Shown here piece by piece: positions 56,507-64,000 of a stretch of DNA of 64,000 nt. Position numbers and translations under genes: made by a program. Numbering within the stretch: position 1 is the stretch's first letter; each line of letters starts with the position of its first letter. Where the stretch lies: the NCBI GenBank assembly GCA_910577205.1, contig CAJTMA010000006.1, positions 4,770 through 68,769 on the forward strand, written 5' to 3'. The notes under the pieces are model-generated. The model was not told the DNA's origin. It saw nothing but the letters and a program-made list of their open reading frames with translations, and ran no database searches. This stretch comes from an uncultured Alphaproteobacteria bacterium (GTDB lineage Bacteria > Pseudomonadota > Alphaproteobacteria > RF32 > CAG-239).

Positions 56507-57721
56507 CTACTTTAGTTTTTTTAACCATTCGCGGACGGATTCAGAAGGTATACGGCTGAAAACATCCTCCAGATAAGCGTCAATCAGCAGTTGGCGGGCT
56601 TCATCAAGCCCAATGCCGCGCGCCTGCATATAAAACAGCTGCTCTTCATCCAACTCGCCGCTGGCTGCGCCGTGCGAACACTTCACATCATCGGCAAAAA
56701 TTTCAAGCTCCGGCTTAACGTCTATTTCCGCCGTGTCGCTTAACAGCAAAGCCTTATGCAGCTGTGTCCCTTCGGTTTTTCCGGCGCCGGGCGCAATATG
56801 TATTTTCCCCTGAAAAACGCCTTTAGCATCACCGCCGACAACACCTTTGACGACTTGTGACGAATGCGTTTCCGGCACTAAGTGTTCAATATCGGTGGTG
56901 GTGTCAATCGTTGCCCAGCCGTTCATCAGATAAGCCGCGTCAACCTGCGCACAAGCATCCGTTCCGCACAGTTTAATCTTGGTTTCGTTGCGGGCAATAT
57001 TCGCCCCTTTTTGCAGGCAGAAACTTCTATACTGCGAGCAGGTCTGTTGTTCCACCGCGTGAAAAGCAATATGGTTGGCTTTAAATGCCTCATTCTGATA
57101 TTTATAATGATTGACTTTGGCATTTTCCGCGACAAAGATTTCGTTTACCTGGTTTAACAGATAGCGGGATTTTACTTCGCCCTCATAATGGTAATATTCT
57201 ATCAAATCAATTTCGCTGCCTGCTCCGGCAACGATTATGTTACGGATATTTTCCAGCAAATTATGCCCGTCTGCCCGGGTAAAATATATGACAGCCAAGG
57301 GCTTATCCAATATAACGCCCGGCGCAATTTCCAGCAGGAAGCCCTGCTCCAGACAGCTGCTGTTCAAAGCGGCAAAAGGATAATGTTCAATGTCGGCCAG
57401 TTTGTTCAGATATTCCTCTGCGGCGGACAGCGGTTTCAGTGTTATGCCGGCCGGCAAACTGCCGTCATCGGCAAACAATTTGCCATTAACAAAACTAAGC
57501 TCATAAACCGGAAACGGAAATTCAACTTTACCCGGGGCTGTTATCCCCTGAAAAATTTCATAATCATCGGTATTAAACTCCCGGAGTTTGGTATATTTCC
57601 AAGCTTCCGTCCGCGGCGTTGGCAGACCCTGGCGGATAAAAGCCTCACGCCCTGCCTTGCGTATGGTTTCCAGCCATGGTGACGCCGTTTCCAAAGATAT
57701 GTCTTGCAATAAAGCGCCCAT
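56507..57721 (-). CDS. sufD: Fe-S cluster assembly protein SufD
   Basis: 404 aa. The beta-helix core shows SufB/SufD family similarity. Confidence 0.85.
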   Translation of the reverse strand: MGALLQDISLETASPWLETIRKAGREAFIRQGLPTPRTEAWKYTKLREFNTDDYEIFQGITAPGKVEFPFPVYELSFVNGKLFADDGSLPAGITLKPLSAAEEYLNKLADIEHYPFAALNSSCLEQGFLLEIAPGVILDKPLAVIYFTRADGHNLLENIRNIIVAGAGSEIDLIEYYHYEGEVKSRYLLNQVNEIFVAENAKVNHYKYQNEAFKANHIAFHAVEQQTCSQYRSFCLQKGANIARNETKIKLCGTDACAQVDAAYLMNGWATIDTTTDIEHLVPETHSSQVVKGVVGGDAKGVFQGKIHIAPGAGKTEGTQLHKALLLSDTAEIDVKPELEIFADDVKCSHGAASGELDEEQLFYMQARGIGLDEARQLLIDAYLEDVFSRIPSESVREWLKKLK

Positions 57722-58479
57722 TATCTTTCTTTCACAAATTCGGCATAGCCTTTTTCTTCCAGCTCCAGCGCCAAATCTTTGTTGCCGGATTTGACAATAT
57801 GCCCGTCAGAAAAAACGTGTACAAAATCAGGCACAATATAATTCAGCAGGCGTTGATAGTGGGTAATAACCAACATGGAACGATGTTCGTCCCGCAAGGC
57901 ATTAACCCCTTCAGCCACAACTTTCAAAGCATCAATATCCAAACCGGAATCGGCTTCGTCCAAAATAGCAAAAGACGGCTTTAGAATTGCCATTTGCAGT
58001 GTTTCAAGGCGTTTTTTCTCACCACCGGAAAAGCCGACATTAACAAACCGCTTGAGCATATCATTGTCTATTCCCAATTTGCGGCCTTCCTCACGCAGAA
58101 GCTTAATAAATTGGACATTGTCCAATTCAGGCAGATGCTGATGGGCGCGAACCGCGTTGACAGCGTGTTTTAAAAATGTTGATGTCGGCACACCGGGAAT
58201 TTCTACCGGATACTGCATTATCAGGAAAACACCTTCGCGCGCCCGTTCTTCGGTAGACATTGCCAGCAGGTCTTTGCCTTTGAAACGCACAGAACCGCTC
58301 GTTACCTCATAACCGGGCTTACCGCTTAAGACATAGGAAAGCGTAGACTTTCCGGCGCCGTTCGGCCCCATAATCGCGTGAACTTCTCCCTCATTAATCG
58401 TGAGGTTAAAGTTTTTGATAATTTCCCTGTCGCCGACACGGGCATACAGTTCTTCGATTTCCAATAGCGGTGTTTTCAT
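57721..58479 (-). CDS. sufC: Fe-S cluster assembly ATPase SufC
   Basis: Walker A is GPNGAGKST, the ABC signature is FSGGEKKR, and Walker B is ILDEADSGLD. Confidence 0.93.
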   Translation of the reverse strand: MKTPLLEIEELYARVGDREIIKNFNLTINEGEVHAIMGPNGAGKSTLSYVLSGKPGYEVTSGSVRFKGKDLLAMSTEERAREGVFLIMQYPVEIPGVPTSTFLKHAVNAVRAHQHLPELDNVQFIKLLREEGRKLGIDNDMLKRFVNVGFSGGEKKRLETLQMAILKPSFAILDEADSGLDIDALKVVAEGVNALRDEHRSMLVITHYQRLLNYIVPDFVHVFSDGHIVKSGNKDLALELEEKGYAEFVKER

Positions 58480-58489
58480 TCATTTATCC

Positions 58490-58648
58490 TTATTCGGCGG
58501 CGAGGGCTGCCTTCAACTGTGAGAGCAGGCTCTCGACTTCCCCTTCACGGATGGTTTTTACCTGATGTTCCCTTTCCAGAATTTCAGCGGCAACAGCAGA
58601 CATTCTGGTTAAAACTTCTAACATTTCTTGTTGATTGTTCTTAGACAT
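58490..58648 (-). CDS. small helical protein (52 aa) between sufB and sufC, absent from the ORF track
   Basis: ATG at 58648 with an AAGGAAG RBS about 10 nt upstream. The protein is MSKNNQQEMLEVLTRMSAVAAEILEREHQVKTIREGEVESLLSQLKAALAAE. Confidence 0.35.
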   Translation of the reverse strand: MSKNNQQEMLEVLTRMSAVAAEILEREHQVKTIREGEVESLLSQLKAALAAE

Positions 58649-58650
58649 TT

Positions 58651-60102
58651 CTATCCTACACTTCCTTCTAAGCTGATGTTGATTAATTTCGCTGCCTCAA
58701 TGGCAAATTCCATTGGCAGGTGTTGCATAACTTCCTTACAGAAGCCATTGACAATCAGACTGACGGCTTCTTCTTCGCCAATTCCTCTTTGGAGGCAGTA
58801 AAAAAGTTGCTCGTCGCTGATTTTTGAGGTGGTCGCCTCATGCTCGATGACCGCCGATTTGTTGCGGTTTTCGATATAAGGCACAGTATGTGACCCGCAG
58901 TTGCGACCGATTAACAGGCTGTCACACTGCGAATAATTGCGAGCGCCGGAGGCTTTGGGAGCCACACGCACCAGCCCGCGATAAGTCTGATTAGAAAAGC
59001 CGGCAGAGATACCTTTGGAAATGATTTTTGAAGTGGTATTTTTACCGATATGAATCATTTTTGTTCCGGTATCAGCCTGCTGGCGATTGTTGGTGATTGC
59101 CACAGAATAAAATTCGCCAACCGAATTATCCCCCTGCAGCACGCAAGACGGATATTTCCACGTTACGGCAGAACCGGTTTCAACTTGCGTCCAGGAAATT
59201 TTGGAATTTATGCCGCGGCAGGCCGCCCGTTTGGTCACAAAGTTATAAACGCCGCCTTTGCCGTCTTTGTCGCCGGGATACCAGTTTTGCACGGTGGAAT
59301 ATTTCACTTCGGCATTATTCAGCACCACGATTTCCACAATAGCGGCGTGAAGCTGGTTTTCGTCACGCTGCGGCGCGGTACAGCCTTCTAAATAAGAAAC
59401 ATAGCTGTCATCTTCGGCAATAATCAAGGTGCGCTCAAACTGCCCGGTATTTTTGGCATTAATGCGGAAATAGGTCGACAATTCCATCGGGCAGCGCACG
59501 CCTTTGGGAATAAACACAAAAGAACCGTCCGTAAATACCGCAGAGTTCAGGCAGGCAAAAAAGTTATCGGTATAAGGCACAACCGACCCCAGATATTGTT
59601 TCACCAAATCAGGATGTTCACGGACAGCCTCCGAGATAGAACAGAAAATAACGCCTTTTTCCGCCAGCTTGTCACGGTAAGTGGTGGCAACAGACACGCT
59701 GTCAAAAACTGCATCGACAGCCACGACACCGGCCAAAGCTTCTTGCTCTTTAAGAGGAATCCCTAATTTTTCATATGTTTTTAAAAGTTCCGAATCGACC
59801 TCGTCCAGACTCTTTGGTGCGACTTTTTGTTTGGGCGCGGAGTAATAATACAGACTTTGGTAATCTACTGTGTCATAAGCCAGTTTCGCCCAAGACGGCT
59901 CTTTCATCGTCTGCCAAAACTCAAAAGCTTTCAGACGCCAGTCCAGCAGCCATTCCGGTTCATTTTTTTTGCGGGAAATAAGGCGGATAATATCTTCGTT
60001 TAAGCCCATAGGAACGGTTTCGGAATCAATGTCCGTCACAAAGCCATATTTGTATTTATCACCGCTTTCATCGATGATTTGGGGCTGGTCTTTCATATCC
60101 AT
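58651..60102 (-). CDS. sufB: Fe-S cluster assembly scaffold SufB
   Basis: 483 aa. The N-terminus and the beta-helix C-terminus are typical of SufB. Confidence 0.92.
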   Translation of the reverse strand: MDMKDQPQIIDESGDKYKYGFVTDIDSETVPMGLNEDIIRLISRKKNEPEWLLDWRLKAFEFWQTMKEPSWAKLAYDTVDYQSLYYYSAPKQKVAPKSLDEVDSELLKTYEKLGIPLKEQEALAGVVAVDAVFDSVSVATTYRDKLAEKGVIFCSISEAVREHPDLVKQYLGSVVPYTDNFFACLNSAVFTDGSFVFIPKGVRCPMELSTYFRINAKNTGQFERTLIIAEDDSYVSYLEGCTAPQRDENQLHAAIVEIVVLNNAEVKYSTVQNWYPGDKDGKGGVYNFVTKRAACRGINSKISWTQVETGSAVTWKYPSCVLQGDNSVGEFYSVAITNNRQQADTGTKMIHIGKNTTSKIISKGISAGFSNQTYRGLVRVAPKASGARNYSQCDSLLIGRNCGSHTVPYIENRNKSAVIEHEATTSKISDEQLFYCLQRGIGEEEAVSLIVNGFCKEVMQHLPMEFAIEAAKLINISLEGSVG

Positions 60103-60286
60103 CCTGACTTTATAATTTGTTTATCTTAACTGTTTAGTTATAGGGACAAACGGTTAAAATCGTGTAAATTTTATAAATTCAGCCCTAAATTAAGGATATT
60201 TGCGGCAAAAAGCAACCTATATTTAATAAATATTTAGCTTTTGATTTTAGAATAACTGCATTCTTTAACTTAGAGGCGGATAAAAA

Positions 60287-61315
60287 ATGGTATATTTAAG
60301 CATATTCTGCGCAGCACTGGCGCTTTATGCCTTGTTTTTGAACCGGAGAATTACGGTTCTGAAGAAGAATCTGAAAGAACTCATCCAAGAGAATGAGCGG
60401 CAGACAACCGAAAACAGCCCGACTTTGAGCGATATTTATTTCAAAGTCGACCGCGATATGGTGATTACTTATGCCAATGACGCCACCTTTAAAATTACAG
60501 GTTTCACGCAGGACGAGCTGCTAAACAAATCATTGTTCGGAACATTAATGGAAGACAGCGATGCCAACCAGAAAACCATGTTTTCAGCCTTAAACAAAGT
60601 CGGCAAAAGACAGGCAACCATTAATAATGATTTGATTTTGCTTCATAAAGACGGCAAAAAATATCTGATGCGATGCCGTTTTCGCCCTTTGTTGGATGAG
60701 GTTTTGGTCTGCGAGGGTATGAGCCTGATGTGCAAAGACTACAGCCAGCCGGAAGTTTTGCAGGAAAAACTGAAAATCTATCAGAACCGCGATATTCTGC
60801 TTACGGCTGATATTCTTAATGAAGACGGCTTTCTGGAACGCCTGGAGCACGATTTCAAACGGGCAAAGCGCTATAATCACGATTTTTCGCTGGTTGTGGC
60901 CGAACTGAGCGATATTTATGATTTCATCAATAAAGGAATCGACTTTGAAACCGGTGACAAAATGCTGAAAAGCGTTGCGGATTTATGCTTGCAGGAAGCA
61001 GGCGGCACACACTGGGTCGGGCGCTTTGATAAAACGAAATTCGGCATTGCCCTGTGCAACACCCCGCGGGAACAGGCCGTAGAAATCAGCCAAAGACTGC
61101 AAGAGAAAATTATCCAATGCATCCGCAGCTTGGGCGTTGACGAATATAATGCCGAGATGTTTGTCATCTCATACACCAACCGCAAAGACTATAATGACAC
61201 AGCAGATTTTATGCTGGCCCGGGTACGGCGGCACATCCAAGCAGCCCTGCGCACACGCAAATACGGCATAATTTCGTCAGATATTCAACGAATTAAGCCG
61301 GCTGGCGGACGCTAA
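60287..61315 (+). CDS. membrane-anchored PAS/GGDEF-domain protein with a degenerate GGDEF site
   Basis: An N-terminal TM segment is followed by a PAS-like region and a GGDEF fold in which the signature is replaced by VGRFDKTKFGIAL. Confidence 0.65.
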   Translation: MVYLSIFCAALALYALFLNRRITVLKKNLKELIQENERQTTENSPTLSDIYFKVDRDMVITYANDATFKITGFTQDELLNKSLFGTLMEDSDANQKTMFSALNKVGKRQATINNDLILLHKDGKKYLMRCRFRPLLDEVLVCEGMSLMCKDYSQPEVLQEKLKIYQNRDILLTADILNEDGFLERLEHDFKRAKRYNHDFSLVVAELSDIYDFINKGIDFETGDKMLKSVADLCLQEAGGTHWVGRFDKTKFGIALCNTPREQAVEISQRLQEKIIQCIRSLGVDEYNAEMFVISYTNRKDYNDTADFMLARVRRHIQAALRTRKYGIISSDIQRIKPAGGR

Positions 61316-61373
61316 TAAAATATTAAATTATTGCAGCTAGACTAAGGGCAGTGTTCACTAATAAGGTTCTAAC

Positions 61374-62315
61374 GTGGTTAAAACCCGCAAAATATTATGG
61401 GCCTTGTCCGCCATTATCTGGCTGACAACTGGCTGCTCTTTCAACTCCGGGCAGGTGCAACTGCTTAACTGGAGTTGGTTTGGCACGCCGGATGTAATTA
61501 CCGTTCAGCGCGGGGACACGCTTTACAGCATCTCAAAACGTTATAATGTGCCGTTGCGCGATTTGATTGAAGCCAACAATCTGACACCGCCTTATACGCT
61601 GGTTATCGGAAGACAGCTGCGCCTGCCCACCGCCAAATTTCATACGGTTTGCAAAGGCGACACCTTATACAATATCTCCAAGCGCTATAATGTCGACGTC
61701 ACCACATTAAGCAAACTCAATAATTTGCAAGCGCCATATACTTTGTCCATCGGGCAGCGGCTGGCCATTCCGGGCAGCGTCGGCGGAAGCAGTGACAGCT
61801 ATACTCCCGAACCGGTCAAAACCACACAGAAAAGCAGCAGCTTCAGTTTCTGGAAGCCAGCACCGAAAAAAACAACCTCTTCGTCTTCAACCGTTAAGAA
61901 GACAACAACAGCCAAGCCTGCCAGCCCCAGCAAATATCGCAAAAACAAATTTGCATGGCCGCTCAAAGGCACGATTGTTTCCAAATACGGCACTATCGGC
62001 AAAGGCCGCAATAATGACGGCATCAACATCAAAGCAACTCTCGGTGCGGCGGTTAAAGCGGCGGACTCCGGACGGGTCGCTTATGCCGGAAACGAGCTGA
62101 AAGGTTTCGGAAACCTCATTCTCATCAAGCATGATGACGGCTGGATTACCGCCTATGCCCACAATGACCGCCTGTTTGTCAAAAAAGGCCAGCGCGTGCG
62201 CAAAGGGGAGAAGATAGCCGCAGCAGGCTCAACCGGCAGCGTTAACTCACCGCAGCTCCACTTTGAAATCCGCTCCGGCAAAAAGGCGCTTAATCCGCTC
62301 AATTATTTGCCCTAA
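61374..62315 (+). CDS. LysM-LysM-M23 peptidase lipoprotein (NlpD-like)
   Basis: GTG start. The lipobox is LTTGCSF. There are two LysM repeats (TVQRGDTLYSISKRYNV; TVCKGDTLYNISKRYNV) and a C-terminal M23 domain (HFEIRSGKKALNPLNY). Confidence 0.85.
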   Translation: MVKTRKILWALSAIIWLTTGCSFNSGQVQLLNWSWFGTPDVITVQRGDTLYSISKRYNVPLRDLIEANNLTPPYTLVIGRQLRLPTAKFHTVCKGDTLYNISKRYNVDVTTLSKLNNLQAPYTLSIGQRLAIPGSVGGSSDSYTPEPVKTTQKSSSFSFWKPAPKKTTSSSSTVKKTTTAKPASPSKYRKNKFAWPLKGTIVSKYGTIGKGRNNDGINIKATLGAAVKAADSGRVAYAGNELKGFGNLILIKHDDGWITAYAHNDRLFVKKGQRVRKGEKIAAAGSTGSVNSPQLHFEIRSGKKALNPLNYLP

Positions 62316-62433
62316 CTGCCGGACGAATGATTGCGGCTATAGTGCTTTTTATCTAAAAAATTGTTAGATTTGTGTATTTTTCCTGTTGTTATGCGGCAAT
62401 ATTGGTGTATATTCGTTGCAGTTAATAATTTAA

Positions 62434-62814
62434 ATGGAGAAAAAAATGTTTATCAGTGAAGCAATGGCGCAAGCCGCCGATGCCGTGACTACTTCAGCCC
62501 AGGGATCATTATCCGGGACATTAATCCAACTGGGGCTTATCTTCGTTATTTTCTACGTTATTCTCATCCGCCCGCAACAGAAACGGATGAAAGAACATGA
62601 CCAGTTGTTGTCGTCAATCAAAAAAGGCGACCGGATTATCACCGGCGGCGGCATTTACGGCAAAGTGGTCAAGGCTGACGAAAGCCCGGAACTGGTCGTT
62701 GAAATTGCCGAAGGCGTCAACATCACTGTAAACCGCATGACCGTCCGCGATGTGGTTAATCCGCAGCCTAAAGCTCCGGCTAATGCCAACAAAAAATCCA
62801 AATCAAAAAAATAA
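62434..62814 (+). CDS. yajC: preprotein translocase subunit YajC
   Basis: 126 aa. There is a single TM segment and the motif RPQQKRMKEHDQLLSSIKKGDRIITGGGIYGKVV. Confidence 0.9.
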   Translation: MEKKMFISEAMAQAADAVTTSAQGSLSGTLIQLGLIFVIFYVILIRPQQKRMKEHDQLLSSIKKGDRIITGGGIYGKVVKADESPELVVEIAEGVNITVNRMTVRDVVNPQPKAPANANKKSKSKK

Positions 62815-62828
62815 TCAAGGGACAGCAT

Positions 62829-64000
62829 ATGTATAAATTATCTCGTTCACGGATTATGATAATCCTGGCTATTTGTTTATTGGGTATCTTTTTTGCTATT
62901 CCCAATATGCTGAGCGACACATCAAAACTGCCGAAATGGTGGCAGCCGGTTAATCTGGGGTTAGACTTGCAGGGCGGTTCAAATCTGCTGTTGGAAGTTA
63001 AAATGGACGATGTTCTGAAGGAAAGAATGTCAACGATTGAAGATTCCGTCCGTCAGGTTTTGCGCGAAGACAAAATCCGCTATCAAAACCTGAAAGCCGG
63101 CGAGGATTCCGTTAAAGTCAAAATCGAAAATGCCAATTCCCGCGCTAAAGCGGTCAGCAAATTCAACAAAGTTGACGACGGCTTGGTTATCTCTGAAGAA
63201 GATGACGGAACAGTTGTCATCTCTTACAGCGATACGGCTCTTAACCAGTTAAAGGCTAAGGTGGTTGACCAGTCTATTGAGATTGTTCGTCGCCGTATTG
63301 ACGAACTGGGCACTAAAGAGCCGGTCATTCAGCGCCAAGGCAGCGATCGAATCGTTGTACAGCTGCCGGGGCTGCAAAATCCGGAATATGTCAAAACCCT
63401 GCTCGGCAAGACAGCCAAAATGGCTTTCCATTTGGTTGACAGTCGTTCTACGGCTGCAGATGCGCGCCGCGGCAAGCTGAGCACGACTTCCCGCTTGATT
63501 AACAGTACCGACGGCGAAACGCTGGTTATCAGCCGCAAGCCGGTTGTCGGCGGCGAAAACCTGATTGACGCCCAACCGTCTTTCCAAGAAGGAGATCCGG
63601 TTGTCAGCTTCAAATTTAACGGTTTAGGCGGCAAAAAATTTGGTGAAGCCACCAAAAACAATATCGGCGAACGCTTGGCAATTGTCCTTGACAACGAAGT
63701 TATTTCCGCTCCGGTTATCCAAAGCGCCATTTTAGGCGGCAGCGGCGTTATCAGCGGTAACTTTACGGTTAAGTCAGCCAGCGATTTGGCTTTACTCCTG
63801 CGTTCAGGCGCTCTGCCCGCTCCACTGGAAGTTCTGGAAGAAAGAACCGTCGGCGCAGGTTTGGGAGCTGATTCCATCCGCGAAGGCGTTTACGCTTCCA
63901 TTATCGGTTTAATTGCCGTTGTCGTATTCATGATTGCAGCTTACGGCCTGTTTGGCGTATTCACCACGATTACGGTCTTTATCAACCTGTTCCTGATGCT
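62829..64000 (+). CDS. secD: protein translocase subunit SecD (3' end beyond the window)
   Basis: ATG at 62829 (MYKLSRSRIMIILAICLLGIFFAIPNML...LGLDLQGGSNLLLEV). The ORF is open to the window end, which is why it is absent from the ORF track. Confidence 0.85.
   Translation, partial: MYKLSRSRIMIILAICLLGIFFAIPNMLSDTSKLPKWWQPVNLGLDLQGGSNLLLEVKMDDVLKERMSTIEDSVRQVLREDKIRYQNLKAGEDSVKVKIENANSRAKAVSKFNKVDDGLVISEEDDGTVVISYSDTALNQLKAKVVDQSIEIVRRRIDELGTKEPVIQRQGSDRIVVQLPGLQNPEYVKTLLGKTAKMAFHLVDSRSTAADARRGKLSTTSRLINSTDGETLVISRKPVVGGENLIDAQPSFQEGDPVVSFKFNGLGGKKFGEATKNNIGERLAIVLDNEVISAPVIQSAILGGSGVISGNFTVKSASDLALLLRSGALPAPLEVLEERTVGAGLGADSIREGVYASIIGLIAVVVFMIAAYGLFGVFTTITVFINLFLM

Overview
This 64-kb window is a proteobacterial chromosomal segment of roughly 45-50% GC by eye. 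The local order rodZ-like, ispG, hisS resembles gamma/beta-proteobacterial synteny. Most of it is housekeeping genes: dnaE, prfA, hisS, ispG, a rodZ-like HTH gene, ptsP, sdaA, glgX, accD, a lapA-like gene, ihfB, rmuC, accA, serS, murA, a Nudix hydrolase, comF, sucD/sucC, a suf cluster (sufE, a SufT/DUF59 gene, sufS, sufD, sufC, sufB), yajC, and the 5' part of secD. I found no rRNA and no CRISPR array, and only one tRNA.

Five things stand out from this background:

1. A ~600-bp module is present twice in inverted orientation, about 33 kb apart (14541-15125 on the minus strand, 48451-49037 on the plus strand). Each copy has a near-consensus sigma70 promoter, a ~165-nt highly structured RNA ending in an intrinsic terminator, two perfect palindromes, and an 81-85 aa XRE-family HTH gene with its own terminator. 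The differences between the two copies preserve the RNA stems while changing the loops.

2. A tRNA-Thr(GGU) at 35839-35913 is followed by a visibly AT-rich ~4-kb islet at 35946-40070. The islet is bounded by members of an 80-bp repeat family: one solitary unit next to the tRNA and a ~7.5-copy tandem array at the far end. The solitary unit and the last array unit share a 29-bp identical core. The islet carries a putative zinc amidase gene flanked by ~110-bp direct repeats, a DMT-like transporter, and overlapping (possibly frameshifted) membrane/glycine-zipper ORFs. Immediately beyond it lies an 1118-aa autotransporter with Pmp-like GGAI/FxxN repeats.

3. A membrane-anchored fusion of a Memo-like domain with an AMMECR1 domain sits at 18966-20546. 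These are proteins B and A of the AmmeMemoRadiSam system, and there is no radical-SAM partner nearby.

4. Three smaller oddities: a tandem-HD-domain protein, a degenerate DEAD-box protein that has only the N-terminal domain, and a small GIY-YIG gene with nested inverted repeats wedged between sucD and comF.

5. An orphan peptide-type ABC fragment consisting of a solute-binding protein and a single permease, with no second permease or ATPase.

Every family assignment comes from reading motifs in the supplied translations. I could run no database searches.
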